From: Obrimoposthia wandeli | Taxonomy: Eukaryota | Length of the DNA: 64,000 nt | Assembly: GCA_977020255.1 (NCBI GenBank) | Contig: CDROCS010001101.1 | Location: 248,001-312,000, forward strand | Direction: 5' to 3' | Shown here: one piece after another, positions 41,702-52,928 of the stretch | How the letters are laid out: every line of letters starts with the position of its first letter | How positions within the stretch are numbered: position 1 is the stretch's first letter | Notes under the pieces: generated by a model | What the model was told of the DNA's origin: nothing | Databases searched by the model: none | The model's input: the letters and a program-made list of their open reading frames with translations, nothing else | Program-made: the position numbers and the translations under genes

Positions 41702-43291
41702 ATGATTAATGAAACTTTAGTAGAGCTATCCCGTTGGCAGTTCGCCATCACCGCTCTATTCCACTTCCTATTTGTACCTTTAACAATCGGTATGACTTGG
41801 ATCCTGTTTATCATGGAAGCGGTATACGTGATGACAGGACGTGTAATCTATCGCGACATGACCAAATTCTGGGGTAAGCTGTTTGCGATTAACTTCGCCA
41901 TCGGTGTCGCCACCGGTCTAACAATGGAGTTTGAGTTCGGTACTAACTGGTCTTATTATTCGCATTATGTTGGTGACGTGTTTGGCGCCCCACTCGCGAT
42001 CGAAGGCTTGATGGCATTCTTCCTCGAGTCAACGTTCGTTGGTATGTTCTTACTTGGTTGGGATCGACTGAGCAAGCGTCAACATTTAGCGGCGACATTC
42101 TTAATGGCGTTAGGTACTAACCTATCAGCTATGTGGATCTTAGTTGCAAATGGCTGGATGCAAAACCCTATCGGTAGTGAATTTAACTACGCAACAATGC
42201 GTATGGAAATGGTCAGTTTTTCTGAACTTGTTTTCAACCCTGTAGCACAAGTTAAATTCATTCACACGGTTGCTGCTGGTTATGTTGCTGGCTCTATGTT
42301 TGTGATGAGTATCAGTAGTTATTACTTATTAAAAGGACGTGATGTTGCATTTGCTAAACGTTCTTTTTCTGTTGCTTCAGGTTTCGGTCTTGCCGCAATC
42401 TTCTGTGTATTACTACTCGGTGATGAGTCCGGTTATGAAGTAGGTGAAGTACAGCGTGTTAAACTTGCTGCTATTGAAGCTGAATTCCATACCGAACCTG
42501 CTCCTGCGGCGTTTACTTTAGTTGGTTTGCCAAACGAAGAAACGATGGAAACGGATTACGCAGTTAAAATCCCTTATGCACTAGGTCTTATTGCGACACG
42601 TTCTTTAGATGGTCAAGTGACTGGTATCAGTGATTTGAAAAAAGAACATGAAGTCCGTATTCGTGGCGGTATGATTGCTTATGATTACCTACAGAAACTG
42701 CGCGGTGGTGAAGAAACACCTGAAAACATAGCCAAATTTAACGAAGTTAAAGATGATCTAGGCTACGGTTTATTATTAAAACGTTATACCAATGATGTTA
42801 TTAATGCGACTGAAGAACAGATCCAGATGGCGGTTGAGGATTCAATTCCACCTGTAGCGCCGATTTTCTGGGCATTCCGCATCATGGTTGGTTGTGGTGT
42901 CGTCATGTTAGGTCTATTTATTTTAGCCTTCTACTTTAACGCTCGTCGTCAAATACAAGATAAACGCTGGTTACTTAAAGCGATCTTATTTGCACTACCA
43001 CTACCTTGGATTGCAATTGAAACTGGCTGGTTTGTTGCTGAAGTAGGTCGTCAGCCTTGGGCTATTAGTGAAATTTTGCCTACCTTTATGGCAACATCTA
43101 ACCATGAAGCCAGCTCAGTAGCTATGACGATGATTGCGTTCATCCTGATTTATATCGTTATGTTCATTCTTGAAATGTGGTTAATGGTTAAATTCGCCAA
43201 ACAAGGTCCAAGCTCGCTACATACTGGTCGTTACCACTTTGAGCAAGAAGAGCAAGAAGCAGCACCACAATTACGTCAAGACAAATACTAA
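41702..43291 (+). CDS. cydA: Cytochrome bd ubiquinol oxidase subunit I
   Basis: [18 protein letters not shown]; KLAAIEAE; EVGRQPW; long Q-loop. Confidence 0.97.
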   Translation: MINETLVELSRWQFAITALFHFLFVPLTIGMTWILFIMEAVYVMTGRVIYRDMTKFWGKLFAINFAIGVATGLTMEFEFGTNWSYYSHYVGDVFGAPLAIEGLMAFFLESTFVGMFLLGWDRLSKRQHLAATFLMALGTNLSAMWILVANGWMQNPIGSEFNYATMRMEMVSFSELVFNPVAQVKFIHTVAAGYVAGSMFVMSISSYYLLKGRDVAFAKRSFSVASGFGLAAIFCVLLLGDESGYEVGEVQRVKLAAIEAEFHTEPAPAAFTLVGLPNEETMETDYAVKIPYALGLIATRSLDGQVTGISDLKKEHEVRIRGGMIAYDYLQKLRGGEETPENIAKFNEVKDDLGYGLLLKRYTNDVINATEEQIQMAVEDSIPPVAPIFWAFRIMVGCGVVMLGLFILAFYFNARRQIQDKRWLLKAILFALPLPWIAIETGWFVAEVGRQPWAISEILPTFMATSNHEASSVAMTMIAFILIYIVMFILEMWLMVKFAKQGPSSLHTGRYHFEQEEQEAAPQLRQDKY

Positions 43292-43302
43292 GGGCTTAAA
43301 TT

Positions 43303-44442
43303 ATGTTTGATTATGAAAGCTTAAAACTTATCTGGTGGTTAATCATCGGAATATTGCTTATCGGCTTCGCCGTTACCGATGGTATGGATATGGGCGTAGG
43401 TGGTCTACTGCCTTTCGTGGCAAAAGATGATACCGAACGTCGTGTAGTTATTAACACTATCGCGGCACATTGGGATGGTAACCAAGTATGGCTGATTACT
43501 GCAGGTGCATCGTTATTTGCAGCTTGGCCAATGGTTTACGGTACTGCATTTAGCGGTTTCTACTTTGCTATGATGCTGACTTTGTTCTGTCTATTCTTAC
43601 GCCCAATGGGTTTTGATTATCGCAGCAAGATTGATTCACCAAAATGGCGTTATAACTGGGACAAAGCTTTATTTGTCGGCAGTATGGTACCACCTTTAGT
43701 ATTTGGTATTGCGTTTGGTAATTTATTACAAGGTATCCCATTTAGCTTTGATGAATTAATGCGTGTTAGTACTACAGGTTCATTCTTCGCTTTGTTTAAC
43801 CCATTTGCATTACTCAGTGGTGTAGTTAGTGTCTCAATGATATTGATGCATGGCGGTACTTGGTTAAGCATGCGTACAGATGAACACGTAGCTGCACGTT
43901 CAGCAAAAGCAGCGCAAATATTTGCAGCTGTGCTTGTTGTTAGCTTTGCCCTTGCTGGTGTGATGATTGCAACTTCAATTGACGGTTACGTTATTCAAAG
44001 TGTGATTGATACACAAGGTTATGCTCAGCCAACCAACAAAGTCGTGACAATCGTCAGTGGTGCTTGGTTAAATAACTTTAACAGCATGCCAATACTGTGG
44101 TTATTACCTGCCACTGGTATCGTAATGGCGATGATAGCAGGCTTACTAGCACGCTTTAAACCGGGTGGTTTTGCTTTTGCAGCCAGTGCGCTATCAATTT
44201 CGGGTGTCATTTTAACAATGGGTGTATCTATGTTCCCATTCATCATGCCATCAAGCAGCACGCCTAATCACAGTTTGACCCTTTGGGATTCAGTATCAAG
44301 TGAAGGCACGCTTAACTTAATGTTGATCGTGGTTGCGATATTCTTACCAATTATTCTTTGTTATACGATTTGGTGTTATAGCAAAATGTGGAGAACGGTG
44401 ACACGTTCTGAAATTGAAGAAAACACCCACTCGGCATATTAA
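43303..44442 (+). CDS. cydB: Cytochrome bd ubiquinol oxidase subunit II
   Basis: DGMDMGVG; HWDGNQVWL; FDYRSK. Confidence 0.97.
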   Translation: MFDYESLKLIWWLIIGILLIGFAVTDGMDMGVGGLLPFVAKDDTERRVVINTIAAHWDGNQVWLITAGASLFAAWPMVYGTAFSGFYFAMMLTLFCLFLRPMGFDYRSKIDSPKWRYNWDKALFVGSMVPPLVFGIAFGNLLQGIPFSFDELMRVSTTGSFFALFNPFALLSGVVSVSMILMHGGTWLSMRTDEHVAARSAKAAQIFAAVLVVSFALAGVMIATSIDGYVIQSVIDTQGYAQPTNKVVTIVSGAWLNNFNSMPILWLLPATGIVMAMIAGLLARFKPGGFAFAASALSISGVILTMGVSMFPFIMPSSSTPNHSLTLWDSVSSEGTLNLMLIVVAIFLPIILCYTIWCYSKMWRTVTRSEIEENTHSAY

Positions 44443-44452
44443 GGAGTAAATT

Positions 44453-44587
44453 ATGTGGTATTTCAGTTGGATCCTAGGTGTTTTGCTGGCAGTTTCTCTC
44501 GGTATCATTAACGTAATGTGGTACGAAATGGAACAGCACACGGATAACGTGGCAAAAGATCAAGATGATCAACATAATGAAAAGTAA
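44453..44587 (+). CDS. cydX: Cytochrome bd oxidase small subunit X
   Basis: Hand translation MWYFSWILGVLLAVSLGIINVMWYEMEQHTDNVAKDQDDQHNEK (44 aa); AAGGAG RBS; not in the ORF track. Confidence 0.92.
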   Translation: MWYFSWILGVLLAVSLGIINVMWYEMEQHTDNVAKDQDDQHNEK

Positions 44588-44628
44588 CTTAGCATAGTTT
44601 AAGTTATAAAAAGTACGGATTACGCTTT

Positions 44629-44654
44629 GCGCCCAAGGATGGGCGTCTGTTTTT
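44629..44654 (+). terminator. Probable terminator after cydX
   Basis: GCGCCCA-AGGA-TGGGCGT followed by CTGTTTTT. Confidence 0.5.
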
Positions 44655-44673
44655 AAACCTCCAATTTCAGATT

Positions 44674-44717
44674 TTATTATTTCACTATTATTTCAATATT
44701 GTTTCAATATTCCTCCA
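44674..44717. repeat. Degenerate 11-bp tandem array (4 units) upstream of cydD
   Basis: TTATTATTTCA CTATTATTTCA ATATTGTTTCA ATATTCCTCCA. Confidence 0.7.
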
Positions 44718-44732
44718 ATTTCAGGCTTACCA

Positions 44733-46514
44733 ATGACAGAATCAGTAAATACAGAATACACGCAAAAAGAACGCTTAACCTGGCTAAAAAGCCAGCGCAG
44801 TAATGCCCAAGGTAAATTAAGTAAAGCCATTGCATTAGGCTCACTCAATGGCATATTGATGATAGTACAAATGGCATTCTTAGCCGGTATCATCAACGAA
44901 ATCATATTCTCAAACAAAGCACTTGCAGAGATCACACCATTATTATTTGGCTTAATTGCTCTCGTCCTTTTCCGCACACTATTCGGTTATATAAGTGAAC
45001 GCTATAGCCGCAATGCTGCAATGTTGATTAAAGTGTCAATTAGACAGCAGTTATTACAACACTTATTTGCGATGGGGCCCGCTAAAACCCAAACAATTGG
45101 CAGCGCCAAAATCGCGCAGTTACTCCATCAAGGTGTTGATTCATTAGAGGATTACTTCTCAGGCTATTTACCTACCGTCGCTTATTGCTCAGTGATCCCA
45201 AGTGCCGTGTTATTTGCCGTATTCCCTATGGATTGGCGTTCAGGTTTAGTATTAATGCTAACAGCGCCTATGGTGCCAATGTTTATGATCATCATTGGTC
45301 ATAAAGCCCATGACCTGAACCAAAAACATTGGACTAAACTACTGCGTATGAGCAGCCATTTCCTTGATATTATTCAAGGTCTTACTCAGCTTAAAATATT
45401 TAATGCATCACGCCAAGAAATGGCGGCAGTTAAAACAATCAGTGAAGACTATGGTAATCAGACCATGGGGATCTTAAAGATCGCTTTCCTGTCTTCATTC
45501 ATGCTGGAGTTTCTAGCATCTATCGCGATTGCACTGGTCGCCGTTATCCTTGGCTTTAGACTTTATTATGGTGGTGTTGATTACTTATTAGCGTTGTGGG
45601 TATTATTGCTAGCACCTGAATTCTATTTACCATTCAGACAATTAGGCACTCAGTATCACGCAAAAATGGCGGGCGTAACAGCGGCTCAAGACATGCTTGA
45701 AATTCTGAATACGCCGATTAAAGCAAGCCAAACTGAAACACAATTTAAAGCTCCTTTCGACATCGAGTTAACGGATGTTAACTTCACCTATTCAGGTCGA
45801 AAAAATACCCTTAAAGATATTAACCTAACCCTTTCTAACCAAGGTTTGTATGCCATTATTGGTGAAAGTGGCGCAGGTAAATCGACCTTGATTGATACCA
45901 TCTTAGGCTTTAATACGCCAGATAGCGGCGCAATGACAATTAATGGTATCGAACATACGCCAGCGCAACGTGATGCTTGGTTGAATCATTGTGGTTGGAT
46001 AGCGCAACAAGGGCATGTTTTCTATGGCAGCCTCGGCTTTAATATTGCCTTAACTGAAGAGTATGATGCTGAAAAGATGCAACAAGTATTAATCAGTGTT
46101 GGCTTAGCTGATTTTGTATCACAGTTAAAAGACGGACTTAATACCCATGTCGGTGAAGGTGGCGTTGGTATATCCGGCGGACAATCGCAACGGTTGGCAC
46201 TCGCACGTGCATTTTACCACCAGCCAGATGTGTTGATTCTAGATGAGCCAAGTAGCCATTTAGATAAAGACACAGAGCAAGTCGTCAGCGCGAGTATCGC
46301 TGAATATGCCAAGCAACATTTGGTCATCGTCATCGCCCATCGTTTACATACTGTTGTTGATGCCAAACAAATCATCGTATTAGAGCGAGGCCAAATCATC
46401 GAACAAGGTTCACATACTGAATTGCTAGCACTCAATGGTAGCTATGCAAGCACTGTTAATATCAGTAATGTAAATATCAGTAGTGTAAACATCGATATGG
46501 AGACGAACGCATGA
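44733..46514 (+). CDS. cydD: Thiol reductant/heme ABC exporter subunit CydD
   Basis: ABC TM domain plus GESGAGKST and ISGGQSQR; LLAPEFYLPFRQLGTQYHA. Confidence 0.94.
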   Translation: MTESVNTEYTQKERLTWLKSQRSNAQGKLSKAIALGSLNGILMIVQMAFLAGIINEIIFSNKALAEITPLLFGLIALVLFRTLFGYISERYSRNAAMLIKVSIRQQLLQHLFAMGPAKTQTIGSAKIAQLLHQGVDSLEDYFSGYLPTVAYCSVIPSAVLFAVFPMDWRSGLVLMLTAPMVPMFMIIIGHKAHDLNQKHWTKLLRMSSHFLDIIQGLTQLKIFNASRQEMAAVKTISEDYGNQTMGILKIAFLSSFMLEFLASIAIALVAVILGFRLYYGGVDYLLALWVLLLAPEFYLPFRQLGTQYHAKMAGVTAAQDMLEILNTPIKASQTETQFKAPFDIELTDVNFTYSGRKNTLKDINLTLSNQGLYAIIGESGAGKSTLIDTILGFNTPDSGAMTINGIEHTPAQRDAWLNHCGWIAQQGHVFYGSLGFNIALTEEYDAEKMQQVLISVGLADFVSQLKDGLNTHVGEGGVGISGGQSQRLALARAFYHQPDVLILDEPSSHLDKDTEQVVSASIAEYAKQHLVIVIAHRLHTVVDAKQIIVLERGQIIEQGSHTELLALNGSYASTVNISNVNISSVNIDMETNA

Positions 46515-48232
46515 ATCCATTAGTTAGATTAATGAAACTGCTTAAACCACAACTACCTTTGATGTTACTCGGTACTTTTTTGTCTATTATTACCGTCATG
46601 GCTAATATTGGCTTACTTGCTGTATCAGGTTGGTTTATTACCATTATGGCAATTGCCGGGCTTTCAGGTGTGACTGCAAATTACTTCACCCCAGCAGCCA
46701 TTATTCGTTTCCTTGCCATTGTAAGAACGGCAGGTCGTTATGCCGAACGCTTGCTCACTCACAAAGCAACGTTTAACACATTAGCGGCATTACGTTACTT
46801 CTTCTACACGCGCCTAGAACCCTTACTCCCCTACTACCGTGTGAACTTTAAATCATCCGACATTCTTGCCCGTTTACAACAGGACATCGATGAACTAGAC
46901 AACTTTTACTTACGAGTATTACTACCAACACTTGTCGCTATTTTCACTATCCCGATTGTAGGCTGGGGCGTGAGCTTTATTTCTTCAAAACTAGCATGGG
47001 TTATCGTATCTGCCTTGTTAATAGTTGGTTTTGTTTTACCCCTGTTTATCTTGCTGTTAAGTAAAAAACGCGCGCAACAACAAGCAAAGCTGTCGAGTGA
47101 ATTAAAAATTGAATTAGTCGATGGCATGGCATCAATGCGTGAATTATTGGTTTATCAAATTGCAGATCAATATCAACAGACTATAGGTAAAATATCTGCA
47201 CATTACCATAGTAGCGAACTGCACTTACATCGCCTGCATGCTTTGGCCACCGCATTAACATTCTTGGCCATTAACGCAACTGTATTTGCGAGTTTATACT
47301 TACTCGTACCCCAAGTACAAATGGGTAATTTACAGCCGGAATTTGTCGCTAGTGCGGCGTTGATGATTTTAGTATGTTTTGAAACAGTCATTAATATGCC
47401 ACTTGCTTGTCAGATTTTACCTAAGGTACATGACAGCGCAGCGCGTTTATTCGAAATTATTGATAAACCAATACCTGACGTTGGTGGTGATACACTCGTT
47501 ACCACGGGTCCGATTAAATTTAATCACTTAAATTTCAGCTATCCTGATGGTCAAGAACAAGTGTTAAATGATATTGAACTGACTATTGAACAGGGAGAGA
47601 AAGTTGCTGTTATAGGTGCTAGTGGCGCTGGTAAATCAACCTTAGTGAATCTGTTAATGGGTTTTTGGCCTATTCCAGCGTCCGGTATCACCATTAATGA
47701 TATAGATTTAAACCAGTTAAATACGGAGTCATTACGTGAACACATTGCTTTGATGAGCCAGAATAGTCACCTATTCCATGCCACTATTGGCGATAACCTT
47801 CGCTTAGCAAGCCCACTGGTAACAGATGAGCAGATGCGTGATGTCTGTGAAGCAACGGGCTTAATGACATTTATCGATGAACTCGACGATGGCTTTAAAA
47901 CCTGGTTAGGTGAAACGGGTTCTGGTTTATCTGGTGGTCAAAAGCAACGATTATGTTTAGCCCAGGTACTGTTACGAAATGCCCAACTCGTCATATTAGA
48001 TGAACCGACAAAAGGCCTTGACCGTCATAGTGAACGAACCGTTATTCACAACCTATTTGAGCGACTTGAACAGTCACAACAAAGTTTACTCTTGATCACC
48101 CATAAACCATTAATGTTACAACGAATGGATAAGATCATAGTGATGGATGAAGGTCGTATCGTGGCCCAAGGTGATCACAAAACCTTAATGGAAACGAATG
48201 ATTATTACCGTACTCTGTTAAATTATTTCTAA
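46511..48232 (+). CDS. cydC: Thiol reductant/heme ABC exporter subunit CydC
   Basis: GLLAVSGWFI; RTAGRYAERLLTH; GASGAGKST; LSGGQKQR. Confidence 0.94.
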   Translation: MNPLVRLMKLLKPQLPLMLLGTFLSIITVMANIGLLAVSGWFITIMAIAGLSGVTANYFTPAAIIRFLAIVRTAGRYAERLLTHKATFNTLAALRYFFYTRLEPLLPYYRVNFKSSDILARLQQDIDELDNFYLRVLLPTLVAIFTIPIVGWGVSFISSKLAWVIVSALLIVGFVLPLFILLLSKKRAQQQAKLSSELKIELVDGMASMRELLVYQIADQYQQTIGKISAHYHSSELHLHRLHALATALTFLAINATVFASLYLLVPQVQMGNLQPEFVASAALMILVCFETVINMPLACQILPKVHDSAARLFEIIDKPIPDVGGDTLVTTGPIKFNHLNFSYPDGQEQVLNDIELTIEQGEKVAVIGASGAGKSTLVNLLMGFWPIPASGITINDIDLNQLNTESLREHIALMSQNSHLFHATIGDNLRLASPLVTDEQMRDVCEATGLMTFIDELDDGFKTWLGETGSGLSGGQKQRLCLAQVLLRNAQLVILDEPTKGLDRHSERTVIHNLFERLEQSQQSLLLITHKPLMLQRMDKIIVMDEGRIVAQGDHKTLMETNDYYRTLLNYF

Positions 48233-48244
48233 CGTCTAAAATGC

Positions 48245-48280
48245 AAAAAGGGTAATACACACAAATGTATTACCCTTTTT
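48245..48280. terminator. Bidirectional terminator after cydC
   Basis: 15-bp stem AAAAAGGGTAATACA/TGTATTACCCTTTTT. Confidence 0.88.
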
Positions 48281-48327
48281 ATTAAGACCGATTCTTTAAG
48301 ACTGGTTATTTCAGACTCATAATCGGA

Positions 48328-48849
48328 CTACTTAACCGCTTCACTCACCAAGCCTTTTTCGCTTAGGTATAAATATAAATCGTCTATACGTTCTTTATTT
48401 ACACCAAAGTCAGACTTACCATATCGAGATGCCGAACGTACTGCAATAATGCCATCTTGTTCACGAAGATGAAGTTCGAAATCATCAACAAAGCGCATCA
48501 ATGTACTGGTACTTTCTACATACAAGTAATCTTTAAGCTCTCTGACGATTTCCATATTACTTTGCGAGTCTATATACAGCTTAATCTCAGACCAAACTAG
48601 TTCAGAACTTGCTTCCAATTTAAATGCCGGTACATAATGGCTTTCGTCTAGACTGTCACTTGATACGCAATTAGGTGTATCAGGACAAGGTGCTAGCTGT
48701 GAGTTAACAACCCCTAGATTATGAGGGCGTGCACCAGTACATGCTGTAAGCACAAGGCTACATGTCAGTACGAATGTAGAGCGGTTAAATACATGAGACG
48801 TTAACATTTTATTCCTTAAGGCTATTATCTGCTCCCGTGATTTAACCAA
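48328..48849 (-). CDS. DUF1499 family protein (probable lipoprotein)
   Basis: LTAC lipobox; PCPDTPNCVSS; FVDDFE; VRSASRYGKSDFGVN; start uncertain. Confidence 0.85.
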   Translation of the reverse strand: MVKSREQIIALRNKMLTSHVFNRSTFVLTCSLVLTACTGARPHNLGVVNSQLAPCPDTPNCVSSDSLDESHYVPAFKLEASSELVWSEIKLYIDSQSNMEIVRELKDYLYVESTSTLMRFVDDFELHLREQDGIIAVRSASRYGKSDFGVNKERIDDLYLYLSEKGLVSEAVK

Positions 48850-48906
48850 AAAACGCTAAAAACAGCAAGTACTTATCTTGTTATAAATACCTGCTGATAG
48901 CGCTTA

Positions 48907-51210
48907 TTATGCCTTTGATGGTTTTTCAGCGTATTCCTCATCACTGTAATAACCATAGTAGTAGTCAGAGTCTGATACCCCGTCAGTATTCACATGATTC
49001 ATCACAATACCAACGATATTAGCATCAACTTTTGCGAGTCTACGGACACTATTTTGAACCAAGCGTACACGTGTCGCTTCACTCTTAATTACGTAAATAA
49101 TTGCGTCAGTGTGCAAGGATATAATCAAAGAATCACTTACTGCCTGGATTGGCGGAGTATCAATGATAATCCGATCATATGACTGCCTTAATGTTTCTAA
49201 CAGCTGTTTAAAGCCTTTTGACGATAGCAACTCTTGTGCATTTTTTGGCGTTGGGCCACATGGCATCACATGTGTACCTGATATTTTATCCACCATGATA
49301 CAATCGACTAGATTAGCCTCGCCGGTAATCAACTGTGCCAGACCAGGCTTGTCTTTAGGTATATTAAAATTATTTGCCAAGCTTGGTTTTCGCATATCAG
49401 CATCAATTAATAGTGTTTTCTCAATCTGAGCTAATGAGAATGCAATATTTGTCGAGGTCGTCGATTTACCTTCATTTGGCTGTGAAGAAATAACCCCAAT
49501 GACCTGATTAACTCTTTGCCCTTGCGCTAGTAAAAAACTGGTTCGCAATGTTCGTATTGATTCTGAAAATTGGCGTCCCTCTTCATCAAAGAAATAATGC
49601 AGATCTAAATCTTTATTACGTTTTCTGGCTATTTTAGGTAATACACCCAGTACTGGTAACCCCAATTTGGTCTCGATATCACCAACAGAATTAAAGTTAT
49701 CAGTGAAATATTCTTTAACCAGTAGATACGTTATGTGCAACATAATAGATAATACAAATGCAATTATCACCAGTATTTTAGCGCTTAAGGTAATCGGCTT
49801 ATTTGGCGTATGCGCTCTGTCCGTAAAACGCGCGACCGCAGCATTAAAATCACTGGTTAATGCTGTTTCTTTAGAGCGCTCTAAAAACGTATTGAAAAGT
49901 TTTCGGTTACTTTCTACGTCGCGTACTAATTTTTGGTATTCATTATCTTTGCCAATGACGTCCTGAAATTGACCTTGAATTTTACTATATTCTCTTTCCA
50001 ATGCGGCTACATTACTTTGTTTGGTTTTTAGATCTCTATTTATACCAGTGACTAGTTTCGAGATCTGATTTGTAAGATGTTTGTTAACAGTATAGAGTTC
50101 CGATTTGGCCGCAATAAGATCGGGGTGTTTGCGTCCATAGATTTGTGATAATTCAGATACTCTTAATTTAGCTTTTACTTTTAACGTTTTGATGTTTTGA
50201 ATCACAGGGTGAGAGGTTATCTCAGGAATTGATTCTAATTTGCTCATGTCTTTAATGCCGTATTCCTGAACAGCTCGGACGATACTACGTAATTGGTTCA
50301 CCTCATTTTTGGCTTCAAGTAATTGACGTGATGTCTGCTCTAGTTCATTACTGACCAATCCCGTTAAGCCTCTCCCTCCACTATCTTGTAAATCAATGAT
50401 ATTTTGTTCTTTACGATATACTTGTAATCGTGACTCTGACTCATCCAGACTGGTACGTAAATCTTCAAGTCGTGCAGTTAACCAATGCGCTGCATTTTTA
50501 TTTATCGAAGACTTAACCGCAAGATCTTGAGCTATAAAAGCCTCACCAACAGCATTCGCGATCATAGCAGCCAAAGCTGGATCCTCACTATCGTAAGACA
50601 ACTTAACAAGTTGAGTTTTTCTTATTGGCGTCACAATTAAACTTTTTGAAAACTGTCTTAAACGGGCTCTTTTATCTTCCTGGCTTTGCAGTTCTTCACG
50701 ATTAATCTCGCTTCCAACTTGCTGTACACCATTGATGTAACCTGCACCTATATTTTCGTTAAATTCACTATCGACGTTATCATCCATTGCAAAGTAGCTA
50801 AATAATGGCGTTAGCTCCACAAGGTAATTCATCACCATATCTTTCCAGCTTTCACCTTTTTGAAATGATGGTTGTTGTTGCAAGTTCAAACGGTCGTATA
50901 CGGTTTCTGCAATTGAATATGATTTAAGGATCTCAAACTGCGTCAAGTAATATTCTTTTCGATTTGAATCTTGTCCTTGAACTGAATCAAATGAAACTGC
51001 TTGAGCTTGATCAGCTTCGATCAATAAAGTGGCAGAAGCACGATATAACGGTGACTCATTTGATAGGTAGAATGCTGTGCATATAGACACGAGTATAGCG
51101 ACAATAAGGATCCGCCATTTATATCGTTGGATCACATGCCAATGCGGAGAAGGTAACACAATGTCATTGTTGACAGACGATTTATTGAGACTCTGTTCAA
51201 GTTTATCCAT
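48907..51210 (-). CDS. wzc: Polysaccharide co-polymerase/tyrosine autokinase (Wzc/VpsO-like)
   Basis: Two TM segments flanking a coiled-coil; SSQPNEGKST; IIIDTPP; Tyr-cluster tail DYYYGYY. Confidence 0.93.
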   Translation of the reverse strand: MDKLEQSLNKSSVNNDIVLPSPHWHVIQRYKWRILIVAILVSICTAFYLSNESPLYRASATLLIEADQAQAVSFDSVQGQDSNRKEYYLTQFEILKSYSIAETVYDRLNLQQQPSFQKGESWKDMVMNYLVELTPLFSYFAMDDNVDSEFNENIGAGYINGVQQVGSEINREELQSQEDKRARLRQFSKSLIVTPIRKTQLVKLSYDSEDPALAAMIANAVGEAFIAQDLAVKSSINKNAAHWLTARLEDLRTSLDESESRLQVYRKEQNIIDLQDSGGRGLTGLVSNELEQTSRQLLEAKNEVNQLRSIVRAVQEYGIKDMSKLESIPEITSHPVIQNIKTLKVKAKLRVSELSQIYGRKHPDLIAAKSELYTVNKHLTNQISKLVTGINRDLKTKQSNVAALEREYSKIQGQFQDVIGKDNEYQKLVRDVESNRKLFNTFLERSKETALTSDFNAAVARFTDRAHTPNKPITLSAKILVIIAFVLSIMLHITYLLVKEYFTDNFNSVGDIETKLGLPVLGVLPKIARKRNKDLDLHYFFDEEGRQFSESIRTLRTSFLLAQGQRVNQVIGVISSQPNEGKSTTSTNIAFSLAQIEKTLLIDADMRKPSLANNFNIPKDKPGLAQLITGEANLVDCIMVDKISGTHVMPCGPTPKNAQELLSSKGFKQLLETLRQSYDRIIIDTPPIQAVSDSLIISLHTDAIIYVIKSEATRVRLVQNSVRRLAKVDANIVGIVMNHVNTDGVSDSDYYYGYYSDEEYAEKPSKA

Positions 51211-51737
51211 TAGAAAAACCTTTGCTTAATCAAAATGGTATCACCAGCATTAACTTTATACGTTAAGCTTGCGCTTGTTTGTGTTTTTTTGCTCTTTTCT
51301 TTAAATAGATATATCTTATCTTTTGATGCTCTCTCGGTTAGTCCACCCGCCAAAGCTATCGCTTGGTTTACAGTTAAACCGGGCTGATAAGGATAACCAC
51401 CAGGCCTATTAACTTCACCATGAATGTAAAAGGGCCTGTATTCAACAACGTGGACATAAACATTCGGGTTAACTAAATAATTACCTTTCAATCCTTTATA
51501 GATCAATTTTTCAACTTGTTTAACAGTCAAGCCAATAACCTTTATTTCACCAAAAAAAGGATAGTTAATTTGGCCACTATTACTTAATAATGTTTCAACC
51601 GTTAGGTCTTCTTGACCAAATACTTTAATTTCAACTTTGTCACCGGGCCCTAAAATATAGGAACTATTCGCTGAAACCGAAAATTGCATAAAAACAACTA
51701 ATATACCAATAACTATTTTTTTAATCATGTCTTCCAC
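51210..51737 (-). CDS. Polysaccharide export protein (short Wza/VpsN-like, Poly_export plus SLBB)
   Basis: YILGPGDKVEIKVFG; GQINYPFFG; FYIHGEVNRPG. Confidence 0.9.
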   Translation of the reverse strand: MEDMIKKIVIGILVVFMQFSVSANSSYILGPGDKVEIKVFGQEDLTVETLLSNSGQINYPFFGEIKVIGLTVKQVEKLIYKGLKGNYLVNPNVYVHVVEYRPFYIHGEVNRPGGYPYQPGLTVNQAIALAGGLTERASKDKIYLFKEKSKKTQTSASLTYKVNAGDTILIKQRFF

Positions 51738-52928
51738 CTACAGCGTAAACGTGAAACTAACACCAACAACATTTTTATCATACTCAAATTCTGTCTTACT
51801 CGATTGATTTCTATCTAACTCACCAAAGACACCAATCGCGATATTCTGAGTCACGTCATAGTCAAATTTAAGTGTCAGTCCATAGATATCATCGGTACGA
51901 GAAATACCACTGTAATCATCTTTATATTTATATATACCAACAGAGGATGAAAAATATGATGTCCAATTATGCTTCCAATCGACGTTATATTTTGTTTCGA
52001 GGACATAATCACCATCTACATCAGGATCGTCTGTTGCTTGTGAGGTCGAGAATGTCAGTTTTGAATAACTAAGTGGACGCCACACACCGCCAACATTCCA
52101 GCTGAAACCTGTAAAGTCATCACGGCCACTATCATCAAATTCTTTAGCTTGACCACCTATTTTAATAAAGCCATGCACGATAGAAGATGCTTCCCATTGC
52201 ATACCAACAAACGCAGTGTATACATCTGAATCTCGAATAAGTTGACCTTGTGGCGTATAATCATATTTAATTTTTTCAGCGTTAACTTCTATAAAAGCAT
52301 CTGTATGCGCTCTTGTCGCATAAAAAAATGTAGAGCCAAGTAACAGAGAGTCATAGTTACTGTTTTTAGTTAATTGCTCAAAGTTACGGTACGTTTTATT
52401 GTAATACTTTAGATCAAAAGCAAGTCGACCTTTAGTTTGTTTTGCACCGTACTCATAGGATGCCGCGAGTGTATTTTTACCATATTGAATCGGTTCATCG
52501 GTACGTTCAAAGTCACCTTCTGTTTTACCGGTACCACGAGCTTCTGTTATCCATTCGCCTTTTGCAGTAAGATCAACCCGATGGGTATCATTTGGCTCAA
52601 GATGAGCTTTAATCCCTAACTTACCATCGGTATAATTATCATCACCACTTGCTTCATAGATACCCTTTTCTACTTTCATGTCGAGACTATAGTAGTTAAT
52701 GCCATCATCCATTTTGAAAGTGACTGCAGGAATGGCAGTCATGATACTGCTACTTGTTCCATCACTTTGCTGATTATAAATATTATCATCGTGAACAACC
52801 CCAACTTCTAATGATGGCTTAATAAACAAACCACCCTCAGTAATATGCGTGTCTGGTGTGTAAGCAAATACACCATCACTTAATAAAGCGAAGCTAAACC
52901 AATAAATATTGACTTTAAATGCTTTCAT
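51738..52928 (-). CDS. Outer-membrane beta-barrel protein (VpsM/CpsB-like)
   Basis: Signal peptide; alternating beta-strand pattern; HDDNIY; C-terminal aromatic FTL; sits between the priming transferase and export genes. Confidence 0.8.
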   Translation of the reverse strand: MKAFKVNIYWFSFALLSDGVFAYTPDTHITEGGLFIKPSLEVGVVHDDNIYNQQSDGTSSSIMTAIPAVTFKMDDGINYYSLDMKVEKGIYEASGDDNYTDGKLGIKAHLEPNDTHRVDLTAKGEWITEARGTGKTEGDFERTDEPIQYGKNTLAASYEYGAKQTKGRLAFDLKYYNKTYRNFEQLTKNSNYDSLLLGSTFFYATRAHTDAFIEVNAEKIKYDYTPQGQLIRDSDVYTAFVGMQWEASSIVHGFIKIGGQAKEFDDSGRDDFTGFSWNVGGVWRPLSYSKLTFSTSQATDDPDVDGDYVLETKYNVDWKHNWTSYFSSSVGIYKYKDDYSGISRTDDIYGLTLKFDYDVTQNIAIGVFGELDRNQSSKTEFEYDKNVVGVSFTFTL

